NCBI GenBank assembly: GCA_965222615.1
Contig: CBDCUI010000007.1
Coordinates: forward strand, 313,080 to 377,079
Source: Gammaproteobacteria bacterium
Lineage (GTDB): Bacteria > Pseudomonadota > Gammaproteobacteria > UBA4575
Reading direction: 5' to 3'
DNA: 64,000 nucleotides
The translations under genes and the position numbers were made by a program. Below are positions 38,520 to 49,300 of the stretch, one piece after another. The notes below the pieces were generated by a model. It was given only the letters and a program-made list of their open reading frames with translations. It ran no database searches and was not told where the DNA came from. How positions within the stretch are numbered: position 1 is the first letter of the stretch; every line of letters begins with the position of its first letter.

Positions 38520-38834
38520 TTACTTTATTGCGATAGCTTTAGCGATATCTTTTCTACTCGCACCCAATGCAATGAGTGATTTCATGTAGTGATCGAGGGA
38601 TACAGATGGATCACCGGCTTCTAGTTTTGCAATTCGTGATTGACTCGATTGTATGATTGTAGCCACTTTCGTTTGGCTTAATTTTTTACGTTTGCGTATT
38701 GCTTTAAATGTATTCGCCAAATTAAGTCTCATTTCGACAATCTCAGCCTCTTCCGGAGTCAGATCCAGAAATTCTTGGGCACTACCAAACTTCCAGCCTT
38801 TGGTTTCAAGTTTTTTGCGTTTCGCTTTATTCAC
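38520..38834 (-). CDS. higA: HigA-like antitoxin (XRE-family HTH)
   Basis: HTH ...KLSQTKVATIIQSSQSRIAKLEAG. 8-nt overlap with the upstream toxin gene. Confidence 0.65.
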   Translation of the reverse strand: MNKAKRKKLETKGWKFGSAQEFLDLTPEEAEIVEMRLNLANTFKAIRKRKKLSQTKVATIIQSSQSRIAKLEAGDPSVSLDHYMKSLIALGASRKDIAKAIAIK

Positions 38835-39171
38835 TGTCGTATTCCTTGATTCGCTGCTTACATATTTCTTTTACTGTTTTCGGTGTTCGTCTCGTTTTCT
38901 TTTCAAATACCTCGAGTATGACGATCGCATCTGTATCGATTCTATACATTATTCTCCATGTCAATGTTTCATCCACTATGCGTAACTCATGACAACGCCG
39001 ACCTATGATAGGCATCGGCCTTGAGTGGGGCAATGAGAGTTTTTCACCTTGTTGCAGCTTGCGCAGTAAAAAACCTGCTTCAATACGTGCACTTTGTGAA
39101 AAAGGTGGTGTTTTGATTTCACCACTTAGCCATGCTAGTAGCTTATCTCTCGGCGACATCTTTGACTCCAA
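38827..39171 (-). CDS. higB: HigB-like type II toxin (COG4679/Gp49-like RelE superfamily)
   Basis: ...RCHELRIVDETLTWRIMYRIDTDAIVILEVFEKKTRRTP matches the consensus of HigB/Gp49-like toxins. Confidence 0.65.
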   Translation of the reverse strand: MESKMSPRDKLLAWLSGEIKTPPFSQSARIEAGFLLRKLQQGEKLSLPHSRPMPIIGRRCHELRIVDETLTWRIMYRIDTDAIVILEVFEKKTRRTPKTVKEICKQRIKEYDSE

Positions 39172-39286
39172 GCCTATATCATATTGATGATTATGTCAAT
39201 TCTGACATATTATTATTCGTAACTTACTGTAATTAAATAGGGTTATCAGTGCAATTTCCAACCTAAATATAGCCTTAATCTAATAC

Positions 39287-39691
39287 TCATCTATTACTTA
39301 TATCATTAGCGCTATTAAGACCTATATTTATAAGCGAGCATACAATTTGTTCGTACAATTCCTGACCTTTATTTGTGATCTGTATAACTCTGGCTCGGCG
39401 ATCATTTTCAACAAAGTTATATTCCATTAAATGTAGATCTTCCAAGCAACGCATTGAACGGGTGAGTTGGGGTTTGTTTAGTACCGCTTCTTTTGCGATG
39501 ACCCCAGGCTGAACAAATTTTTGATACAAGTAATGTAGCACTTCAAAATCGATATGCGAGAGCTGGTACACTTTTATACTGTTTTTAATCTGTCTTTGAT
39601 ATGCCCTTACTTTTTTCAAGATTGCGAAATAGTCTTCTAGCTCCAATAGTTCTTCGTCAGCTATAAACTTATTCATAGTCTGTCTACCCAA
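39287..39691 (-). CDS. MarR family transcriptional regulator
   Basis: Winged helix ...LTRSMRCLEDLHLMEYNFVENDRRARVIQITNKGQELY. Confidence 0.7.
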   Translation of the reverse strand: MGRQTMNKFIADEELLELEDYFAILKKVRAYQRQIKNSIKVYQLSHIDFEVLHYLYQKFVQPGVIAKEAVLNKPQLTRSMRCLEDLHLMEYNFVENDRRARVIQITNKGQELYEQIVCSLINIGLNSANDISNR

Positions 39692-39802
39692 GCCAATGCT
39701 TTATTTAAATATTGTGCCCAAAGATGATTATTTACTTCTATCACACATTTATGATCTACAGATCATAACAATATCAGCTCATCTTTACCACAATTACGCT
39801 CT

Positions 39803-40075
39803 ATGGAGCGTATGACTTTAAAGAGGAAAATTCAGCAGGATTTTGGGAAAGCTCTGCTTAAACACAGAAGCAAAGCCAAGATGACATTTGAAACGCTTGC
39901 GGATAGAGCCAATTTGTCTATGCGCTATGTACAAGACTTAGAGGCTGGCAAGAAACTACCATCGATCATCACATTAATGAAACTATGCCATGCTTTGAAA
40001 ATTACACCTGATAAGTTACTGATGCCAATTTTTAGGCAAAATAAGAAACAAATTTTGGAAAAGGATAACGACTGA
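39803..40075 (+). CDS. XRE family HTH transcriptional regulator
   Basis: MTFETLADRANLSMRYVQDLEAGKKLPSIITLMKLCHALKITPDKLL. Confidence 0.7.
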   Translation: MERMTLKRKIQQDFGKALLKHRSKAKMTFETLADRANLSMRYVQDLEAGKKLPSIITLMKLCHALKITPDKLLMPIFRQNKKQILEKDND

Positions 40076-40252
40076 TAAGTAGCCTACAAAAACAAAATAT
40101 ATTCTATTTGAAATTTACAGGCTCAACGAAGTTTATACTCGAACTGACAGTTGTCGATGTGGATTCGTATGACAACCGCTTAAACTTTATCTTAAACAGA
40201 CAAAATAACATGGAATATGAGTCCACGTTTCATTTTTTAATTAATTGGCTGA

Positions 40253-40299
40253 TGGTGGCCAGGGGCGGAATCGAACCACCGACACGAGGATTTTCAGTA
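40253..40299 (-). repeat. attL: 47-nt direct repeat identical to the 3' end of tRNA-Phe (54968-55014), marking the left end of the island
   Basis: tggtggccaggggcggaatcgaaccaccgacacgaggattttcagt is identical at both positions. Only the right copy continues as a full tRNA. Confidence 0.8.
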
Positions 40300-40455
40300 C
40301 CCAAGGTTAAATAACTATCTGAATCCAGATTGTTCTAAATATATATCTACACTCACAATTATATGAAAATAGTTGTCTTTAATTATCTGTATAAATCCTA
40401 GTTATTCATCAATTTTCTTAGCACAAGTACACGAAAATTACACAATAATAATTAT

Positions 40456-43400
40456 CTATACTTGCTCAGCGCTTAATTCAAATTCTGAATTAATTAATTC
40501 AAGTATTTTTTCCAGAAACTGCCCTTCTTGTGGTGATATCGCAAGTCTTAGATATGGTGGTATATATTCTAAGAATTCTGACTTATTAATTGGGCGATAT
40601 TCTAATAATGCCTCAAGCATGGCTGGTCGGAGAAGACGTTTATTTTCAGGTGTGTCCGGTAGTGTTTTACGGATTACTTTTTGGTCAAATTCAATAAGCT
40701 TATCTTTCAATTGCACGCTTTCTGTTACAAATTCATTGCTCTCTTCTTGCCAAATTTCAATTTCATCAATAGTTTCTTCTTCTACAGATTCAGCCGGAAT
40801 TTCGCTAACAACTGGTAGATCAGTTTTTAGTTCATGCAGTTCTCGAATAATTGGTTGAATTTCAGCGCGTGGGTTCCTGAACCAGTCAGTGGACCAAATA
40901 CGTCGTATCCTCCACCCAAGTTGTTCCAATATATCCTGACGAATTCGATCACGATCTCGAACAGACTTTGCAGAGTGATAAGTTGCGCCATCACATTCAA
41001 TACCCATTAAGTATCTTCCAGGATTACCTGGATCTACAATTGCAATGTCGATAAAAAACCCTGCCACACCCACCTGAGGTACACACTCAAAACCTTCGTC
41101 TCGTAATGCATCGGCTACTGCTATTTCAAAATCACTGTCCGGGTCACGACCCGATTTTTCACTGCCTTTCTGAAGAATGCCCGTCTCACAAAAAGCAAGA
41201 AAATCCCTAAGTGCTTTTACTCCGAGTTTTGAACTAGTATCTACAACAATATCGTCAGAACCCATAGAACTAATCACAAGCATCCGCCTTCGAGATCGTG
41301 TAAAGAGTACATTCAACCTACGCCAACCAACGTTTGAATTAATTGGCCCAAATCGCTGAAAAACTTTTCCTCGCGGCTCTTGAGGCCCATATGTCATGGA
41401 TATAATTATTACATCACGTTCATCGCCTTGTACGTTCTCAAGATTCTTTACAAAAAGTGATTCTTGATTAGTTTGATCTTTCTCCAACCATTCTTGAAAA
41501 GAAATATCATCTTTTGCGAGACTTTCTATAGCACTTTCTATTTGGTCTCGTTGCTCCACATTCATAGCAACTACACCTATAGTTTCATCAGATCCTTTAC
41601 TAAAATGCTCACGAACTTTATTAGCTATAACTTTTGCCTCCTCTAGGTTACGTCGGTTTACAAAACATCCACGTCGGACACGTGTAAAACTTATGCCTAA
41701 TCGTTCTAAATCTTTGTGAGGAGAAGGGAACAGAATTAGATTACTGTCGTAGAAATAATGATTAGAAAAAGCAATAAGACTTTCATGCTTCGATCTGTAA
41801 TGCCATCTTAACCTTCGTGCAGAAAACATTGGGCGTGTAGCATCTAAAATGCTTTCAGATTCTTCTATTGCTGAAGGATCTTCATCATCATCTTCAATAA
41901 CTCGGTCAAAAAAACTTGTCGGCGGTAATTGCTTAGGGTCTCCAACAACAACTAGTTGTTTTCCACGAGCAATAGCCCCTAAAGCATCTTCGGGTTTGAT
42001 CTGTGATGCTTCATCCATCACAATCAAATCAAATTCTATTTGGCCAGGTGCTAAATATTGTGCTACTGACATTGGACCCATCATAAAACATGGCTTAAGT
42101 GCAGAAAGTGCTGTCCCTGCACGTCTGAGTAACTGTCTAATAGGTATATGTCTTTTTTGTTTTCCACATTCATGTTCGAGCAATGCAAACTCTGTGTAGT
42201 CACTAACTCGTCCACCAAAACTTCCTTGTGGTACATGGGCTTTATCTGCTTCCCATGCAATATTTTCACTTTGTAATTTCTTAAGACGATCATCGTATTC
42301 TTTAAACTGGCGTTGTAAAGACTCTTGCGCTCGTCCTGAAAATCGGCCAAGTTCTGGTTCTGCCCGTAGAATTTCACGTGCTAATAAATCGAAAATTCCT
42401 GCATAAAAAGCCACCTCCGCCATTGATGCTGAAATTTCCCCTTTTTCAATTGTTTCAGCCAATTTATTGAGACCAATTGGATTGAGTTGTTGACGTATTC
42501 GTACATAATCAAGCCAGTCCTGTAGCGTTACGCGTTGTTCTAGTGCAATGGAGTTGCGCTCTATCAACATTGCTACATCAATTCCACATGTGGACAACCA
42601 TTTGTTTTTATCTAATAACACTAACTCTTCAAATTTAGAGTTTGTTAGATTTAGTGTTTTTAGAATGTCTTTAATCTTTTTGCCTTGCTTACGTAATGAG
42701 TTAATCGTTGACGGTTCAGGTTTTTCATATATCCGATCTACAATAATTTGTTTTTTTATTTTATTTGTTATGCAATTGGCAATATCTAAAGTGTTTTTGG
42801 AAATGCTAAGTGCTGTATTGTTATTTGTATTCGCACCTATTTGTAAACCCAGGCGGCCTCTGAAAAATCGGTTATCATAATCGGCTTTTTCCCATCTACT
42901 GACGGTCCTATGCAGTGAATCAAGGGCCGTAATCTGGTTCATAAATTCTGTAAGCGATATGTTTTCATCTGTAATTAGTGACTTGCATTCTTTAATTGCT
43001 ACAGATATTTTATTTTTTAGTTTGACTAATAGATCACCGTCGCCCACTAGTAGAGTTTTAGAATCTTGCAGTGCCGTAACGGGAGCAAATAGAACTTTTA
43101 ATTGCTTGAGTTCACTTAATATATCGTCTAATTTTTTACAAATTCCTTGTTCTGAAAGAGACCGAATTGCTTTACTTAGATCAGGCGGTAAACCTATTGC
43201 TGCATCACCAAGCGCAATTTTTGGGCCGAATCCTACACCATATGTTTGGCGAACTTGTCTATACCATTCCCTAACTGTTTCTAACGAACCTATATCTGTA
43301 TCCAAACCTCTGGAATGGTCCCCCAAAAGCGATTTGTAAGTTGAATTGTTTTTAAGTTTATGAAGTTGATCTGAATATGTTACAGAGTCATTTAATGCTG

Positions 43401-45924
43401 CGATTAAATCTTTAAACTTGACATCCGTATTTGCTGACTGGCTAATTATTTGTTTTCTTGTCTTTCGCCAAGTAGGTTTAAACCATCGCAAAATACCACT
43501 AGATGATACAATTTGTTGATACTCTTTTTGAGTATCTTTATCTGGTATTCGTTTTACATCATAAACTTTTGACAATTTTTCTTGCTGTTGGTGTAAATTT
43601 TCAATTTCTTTACGAATTTTAGGAAGTGCATCATCAAGTTCATCATTATCAAAAAGTTCATTGCGATTCTTCCATTCTGAAGGGGGTAGTGACGATACAA
43701 GTTCGATAAATGTTTTTATTTCATGCAATCCAGACTCAGATAGATTTAAAAAATCTACTGCTGATTTGCCGATTTTAGTTTGAAGTTCTGAAACAAAGTC
43801 CTGAAGTTGTACTAATTGATCATGTACTCTCGTTAGTCGTTGTGTTGCTTGATCAATTTCACCTAATTTTACAGTACCATCTATAAATTGAACCAAGCTA
43901 CTTCCACCTTTTAAATATTTGCCAACTAATGAAAGGTTTTCAATCGCTTCAGTGCTAACCCTTTTAGACAGAATACGGTAAAGAGTTTGGATACTTTCAA
44001 ATTGTTTTATGTATTTTTTTACCTTGCTCAGCCTTTCTCCTTTAAGTAAATGCAATGTGTCGAGCAGTTCGTTACCTTTTAAATCTGGTAATTGTTCAAG
44101 TTCTAGTGCTATTTCTTCATAATCAGTAATAGTTTTTGGCCCTGACGATGGTTCGCAATTAAGTGTTTCTATTAGTTCAATCTCTAAATTTTTTAATTGA
44201 ATTAATGAACTCTGCCAGTCCTCAAGTGCAATAATTACCTTGTCAATGTCAAAGACTTGCAAGTCAATGTTTCTTACTCCATACCAAGGGTGCTGACTTA
44301 GCGAAATACCGTTACCTAACCGTTCTTCTACAGTTTTAAAAGCATCACTAAATGCTATGACCTGATCTCTTGCTCGTCGCTGCATATCTGCATCAAAGTT
44401 TTCACCTGAATATCCGTCTGGGTGCAAGTATTCTGGGTTGATCTTAAGAAGCTCTCTATATCGAGTTGCAGCCATGAATATTTCATGCTTCGTTTTTCCA
44501 GTTTCTTTCCATGTCTGATTAATGCGTTGAACATGCGTTTTTAGTGAATTTTTTAGATCTTCAAATCGACTTATATCTGCAGCAATTTCTGCCGGTTTTC
44601 GGTAATGGCCCTTTTTATTTATTCTTTCGGAAACATCATTGAGTAATTTTCTTTTTTGAGTTTTATGACTATGTAATTCAAGACAAAATTCACCAAGTCC
44701 CGCAGAATCGAGACGGCGCTTTACTATATTTAGTGCCGCAAGTTTTTCAGCCACAAATAAGACTTTTTTCCCCTGAATTAAAGCCGCACCAATTAGATTA
44801 GTAATAGTTTGTGACTTACCTGTTCCAGGTGGACCTTCTATAACTAAATTTTCACCTTCAACAACATCAATTAATGCACTATGTTGAGAACTGTCTGCAT
44901 CGTAAATTAAAGGATACTTTGTATGAATTTCTGGTAATTCATCAATTGAGTGTTCTTCACCAAAACCAAGATCTATATTTTTATTTTCTGGTAGCTCATC
45001 TACCCCATATCCTGTTAAAAAGCGGGATATTATTGGATGACTTGTGATTCCTTGTTCTTTCGGCCAACGAATAGGATCTAAATCTAGATACATAAGTAAC
45101 TTGCTAAAATTAAGTAATGAAAGAGTTATATACCTTCTTAACTTCCAACGTGGATGACTTTTACAAATTACAGATTCAACTTCTTCAAAGTAAGTTTCTG
45201 GTTGAGTGTTTTCATCGAGTTCAGGCAAAGCTAATGAAAAATCAATCCTCAATTTTTCGCGTAAAGATAAATTCGGGATGATATCTTCATCAGAATAACT
45301 AAGGCTATACTCGTAAGTCCCCAAGACAGCATTTAATTTACCTTTTTGTAACCGAACGGGTACTAAAAATAACGGCGCCAGTCGTGAGTTAGTACTATTG
45401 GGGCTATCGAACCATTCTAAGAATCCAAATACTAAATAGAGCATGTTTGCTCCTGTTTCCTCAATAGCAGTTCTTGAAGTTTGGTGTAATCGTCGTAACC
45501 GTGCTTCTAATTCATAAGGAAATAAAAGTGTTTGAATAGCCATATCAGTATGCTTGCTGACTTCATGGCTATTCTCTGGAACTGGTACATCAAATGATGT
45601 TTCTAGATTTAAATGTTTTGCCCATTCTTCTGCACTTGGGTCTTTTTTGAGACGGTGTTCTTCTCCTGTAACATCATCAATTTCAATATATCCTGCATCA
45701 ACAAGTTCCTGTAGAGTAGGTTCAGAAACAGGTATAAAACGCATTTCTTTATCCGCTAAAAGAGTCTCGACTAATTGGTTTGGTAATTCATCTATTACAC
45801 GTAAACATGAACTCTTAGTGTGGCGGAAATTGATAAGTCTATTGCGTCCCGTAAGATCAAGTAATCGATCTCGAAGATTCTTTAGTACATCAATCGCTGA
45901 ATTATGACTAACTACTTCACCCAT
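40456..45924 (-). CDS. 1822-aa DUF4011 / Upf1-like SF1 helicase (AAA_11/AAA_12) / Vsr-DUF559-like endonuclease / DUF3320 protein (HheA-like defence protein)
   Basis: Walker A VIEGPPGTGKSQT. Walker B and motif III IVMDEASQ...VVGDPKQLPP. Motif VI RLNVLFTRSRRRMLV. C-terminal DGATYHS...RDRDR...LGWRIRRIWSTDW is a Vsr/DUF559 fold. Terminal segment LRPAMLEALLEYRP resembles DUF3320. Confidence 0.75.
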   Translation of the reverse strand: MGEVVSHNSAIDVLKNLRDRLLDLTGRNRLINFRHTKSSCLRVIDELPNQLVETLLADKEMRFIPVSEPTLQELVDAGYIEIDDVTGEEHRLKKDPSAEEWAKHLNLETSFDVPVPENSHEVSKHTDMAIQTLLFPYELEARLRRLHQTSRTAIEETGANMLYLVFGFLEWFDSPNSTNSRLAPLFLVPVRLQKGKLNAVLGTYEYSLSYSDEDIIPNLSLREKLRIDFSLALPELDENTQPETYFEEVESVICKSHPRWKLRRYITLSLLNFSKLLMYLDLDPIRWPKEQGITSHPIISRFLTGYGVDELPENKNIDLGFGEEHSIDELPEIHTKYPLIYDADSSQHSALIDVVEGENLVIEGPPGTGKSQTITNLIGAALIQGKKVLFVAEKLAALNIVKRRLDSAGLGEFCLELHSHKTQKRKLLNDVSERINKKGHYRKPAEIAADISRFEDLKNSLKTHVQRINQTWKETGKTKHEIFMAATRYRELLKINPEYLHPDGYSGENFDADMQRRARDQVIAFSDAFKTVEERLGNGISLSQHPWYGVRNIDLQVFDIDKVIIALEDWQSSLIQLKNLEIELIETLNCEPSSGPKTITDYEEIALELEQLPDLKGNELLDTLHLLKGERLSKVKKYIKQFESIQTLYRILSKRVSTEAIENLSLVGKYLKGGSSLVQFIDGTVKLGEIDQATQRLTRVHDQLVQLQDFVSELQTKIGKSAVDFLNLSESGLHEIKTFIELVSSLPPSEWKNRNELFDNDELDDALPKIRKEIENLHQQQEKLSKVYDVKRIPDKDTQKEYQQIVSSSGILRWFKPTWRKTRKQIISQSANTDVKFKDLIAALNDSVTYSDQLHKLKNNSTYKSLLGDHSRGLDTDIGSLETVREWYRQVRQTYGVGFGPKIALGDAAIGLPPDLSKAIRSLSEQGICKKLDDILSELKQLKVLFAPVTALQDSKTLLVGDGDLLVKLKNKISVAIKECKSLITDENISLTEFMNQITALDSLHRTVSRWEKADYDNRFFRGRLGLQIGANTNNNTALSISKNTLDIANCITNKIKKQIIVDRIYEKPEPSTINSLRKQGKKIKDILKTLNLTNSKFEELVLLDKNKWLSTCGIDVAMLIERNSIALEQRVTLQDWLDYVRIRQQLNPIGLNKLAETIEKGEISASMAEVAFYAGIFDLLAREILRAEPELGRFSGRAQESLQRQFKEYDDRLKKLQSENIAWEADKAHVPQGSFGGRVSDYTEFALLEHECGKQKRHIPIRQLLRRAGTALSALKPCFMMGPMSVAQYLAPGQIEFDLIVMDEASQIKPEDALGAIARGKQLVVVGDPKQLPPTSFFDRVIEDDDEDPSAIEESESILDATRPMFSARRLRWHYRSKHESLIAFSNHYFYDSNLILFPSPHKDLERLGISFTRVRRGCFVNRRNLEEAKVIANKVREHFSKGSDETIGVVAMNVEQRDQIESAIESLAKDDISFQEWLEKDQTNQESLFVKNLENVQGDERDVIIISMTYGPQEPRGKVFQRFGPINSNVGWRRLNVLFTRSRRRMLVISSMGSDDIVVDTSSKLGVKALRDFLAFCETGILQKGSEKSGRDPDSDFEIAVADALRDEGFECVPQVGVAGFFIDIAIVDPGNPGRYLMGIECDGATYHSAKSVRDRDRIRQDILEQLGWRIRRIWSTDWFRNPRAEIQPIIRELHELKTDLPVVSEIPAESVEEETIDEIEIWQEESNEFVTESVQLKDKLIEFDQKVIRKTLPDTPENKRLLRPAMLEALLEYRPINKSEFLEYIPPYLRLAISPQEGQFLEKILELINSEFELSAEQV

Positions 45925-46380
45925 ATAAATTTGGCCTAATTTAGACTGGATGAATTAACATGTTTTTTTGAAGATGTTTAGAATCATCTTCACCCCCCAA
46001 CTGCTAGATAAATTATTATTTAGTTAATTTTCTCTCTATATTTTTCCTTTAAGTGTGAATTGGATCAGACATATTGACATTCCTCAATACACAGACATGA
46101 AAATACTTGGTTACTTTGTTTAATTTTTCGCCACTCCCACTGTTTTACCCTCTCTTTCTCTGGTAACTTCCAAATTCCTGCTCGATTTCCGTTCGCCACG
46201 TGTTCAAATGTATGTAAGCGGCTACTCATTGCATATTTTGGATGACATACTCGTAACCGCAACGAACAAGTACGCCATTGACCCATAACTCACCAAGATA
46301 TACATGTTTTGAGCTTATGATTAGAGAGCTTTTTTGTAAAATTTGCATAAGAAATAAGTCATTTACATTAGATATACACA

Positions 46381-49300
46381 ATGAAGATACGCAATAAGAA
46401 TATATCCCTTGCACCTACAGATCTTAGTAATTTTCATAGCTGCCATCATCTTACCTATCTTGATACAAAAAATGCTAAAGGTCTTATAGAACGCCCTAGT
46501 CGTTATGGACCACTATTAGATGAGCTTAAGGCACGCGGAATTGCTCATGAACAAAAATATTTCGAGCATTTAAAATCACAGGGACTATCGTTTGTTCAGA
46601 TTAACAATTCTGATTCAGATAATTTTTCCAAAGAAACTGCGCTTGAGGAAACAATAGCTGCAATGAGAAATGGTATCGACGTAATATATCAAGCAACTTT
46701 GTTGGACAATACTTGGCTGGGACGGGCAGATTTTCTCCACAAAGTTGAGTCATCTAGTAAATTTGGGAACTGGTCATACGAAGTCGTCGATACTAAGCTC
46801 GCACGTGATACCAAGGCAGGTACTATTCTTCAACTATGTGTTTACTCTTATTTACTTTCCAAGCTTCAGGGAACTCGTCCAGAATTCATGTGCGTTGTTA
46901 CACCGGGGAGTGATTTTATCCCATTGAAGTATCGTGTGGATGATTATGGCGCGTATTTTCGTTTCGCTGAAAATAACATTACCGATTTTATAGAATCTGA
47001 AGAGGATACTTATCCAGAGCTTGTTCCCCACTGTGACCTTTGTACATGGTGGAGTGAATGCGAAAAACGGCGTCGAGGTGATGACCATCTTTGTTACGTA
47101 GCTGGGATTAGGGGTTCTCAAATAAAAAGTCTTCGCTCATTAGGTATAGAACGGCTTGCAGATTTAGCGCATCTAGAAAATATTCCTGAAACGCCTCATG
47201 GATCCAGAGAAGCACTTACACGTGTTCGTGACCAAGCTAAAGTTCAATTTATTGGAAGAGATAAGAGTGGTTCATATTATGAATTTATCGAACCTTTCAA
47301 TAGTGAACATGGACTTGCGATGTTACCGGAACCAACACAAGATGATATTTTCTTGGACTTTGAGGGAAGCCATTTTGTTGAACAAGGAGTTCAGGAATAT
47401 CTAACAGGATTTTTAACTCTCGATCCTGATGGAAATCAAAATTATACGGCGCTATGGGCACGAACTCTTGAAGAGGAATGTCGGTCATTTGAAGAGTTTA
47501 TCGATATTGCGATTGACGCATGTATGCGTAATCAAAATGCACATATTTATCATTTTGCTTCCTATGAACCAACGGCACTAAAAAGATTAATGGGTCGATT
47601 TGCAACTAGAGGGGAAGAGCTAGATGATTTATTAAGAAGAGAAGCATTTGTTGATTTATATACCATTGTCAAACGTACTCTAATAGCAAGCGTTGAACGC
47701 TACTCAATTAAAGATCTAGAGCCCTTCTTTGGTTATTCACGTAGTCAAGATTTAGCAGAAGCAACAATGAGCCGGCGAATTGTTGAGAATATTATCGAAT
47801 CTGGTGATATCGATGATGCTAATCAAAAACATTTTCAAATTGTTGAGAGCTACAACCGTGAGGATTGCGAATCTGCGAAACGTCTTAGGGATTGGCTTGA
47901 GAAGTTGCGTGAAGAAGTGATTTCTAATGGGCACGTACTGCCAAGACCAGATATTAAAACTGGTGATGCTTCGGAAGAGATAAGTGAACTTGATAGTGAA
48001 TTGCAACGACTTCGAGATGGACTTTTGCAAGAAGTTCCAATGGAACCTGAAGACCGTTCTGATGAGCAGCAGGCACGTTTCACTCTCGCGCATATGATGG
48101 AATTTCATCGCCGAGAAGATAAGGCTGCTTGGTGGGAATATTTTCGAGTACTTGATTTAGACCAAAGTGATTACGTGGACGAACGTCGCGCCTTAATAAA
48201 TCTAAAGTTTGAAAAAGTTGTTGATGCAAAGCGCGCACCGCTGCAGCGCTACAGTTTTGTTCCGCAAGAGCTTGATGTACGCAGAAATGATGATGTTTAC
48301 GATAGTGAGGGTAATAAGGTCGGAAAAGTAACTGATGTTAATTATTCAGCGAGAACAATTGATATTAAGAAAATGATTGCCACAGCGGATGAGCACCCTA
48401 ATAGTGTGGTTTTTCATAACCAAGTATCATCAAAAGCACTTCGAGAGTCGCTGATGCGATTTGGTGAATCTGTCTTAGAGCAAGGTTTCAACGGTCAGTT
48501 ACCATATTCGTCTGGTTTAGAACTATTACTTTGTAACTCTTCACCATTGGCTGGGGATAACGGTTCTTTGCAACAAGTCAATGAAAGTACATTAGATGCG
48601 GCGTGTAGATTGGCACTAAATTTAGATCATCATGTACTTGCTATTCAGGGTCCGCCAGGAACCGGCAAAACTTACACTGGAGCACATATTATTTGTGTGC
48701 TGATACAGCAGGGTCTGAAAGTGGGGGTTACAGCTGTTAGTCATAAAGTCATCGAAAATTTGCTTGAAGGTGCAATGGAAGAAGCACATAAACAAGGAAT
48801 TAATCTTCAAGGCGTGCATCGCCAAGACGGAGAGTATCAAGGTAATTGGAATATTGAACGCAAAAAAGATTACAGAACTATAAGACGACAGCTCGACGAT
48901 GGAAGTATAGACGTTCTTGGTGCAACTGCATGGTGCTGGGTAAGAGAAGAATTTGAACAAAGTGTTGATGTTCTAATCGTAGATGAGGCTGGACAAATGT
49001 CATTGAGTAATGTTTTGGCTGCATCGCCGGGAAGTAAAGGTTTAGTGTTGCTAGGTGACCCACAACAACTTGAGCAACCATTGCAGAGTAGTCATCCAGA
49101 GGGAAGTGAAGTATCTGCTCTTTATTACTTGCTTGACGGAGAAGATACAATGCCCGCGGATAAAGGCTTATTTCTAAATGAAACTTTCCGACTTCATCCA
49201 TCCATTTGCCAATTTACATCCGAAGTTTATTATGAGAAGCGCTTGATTGCGCAGCCTGATCTCATTAATCAGGAAATTATCTTTTTGTTAGATAAAACAA

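Noticed and set aside
40373-40858. 161-aa plus-strand ORF overlapping the 3' end of the 1822-aa gene
   Set aside because: It is a low-complexity Ser-rich product antisense to a strongly supported gene, so it is spurious.
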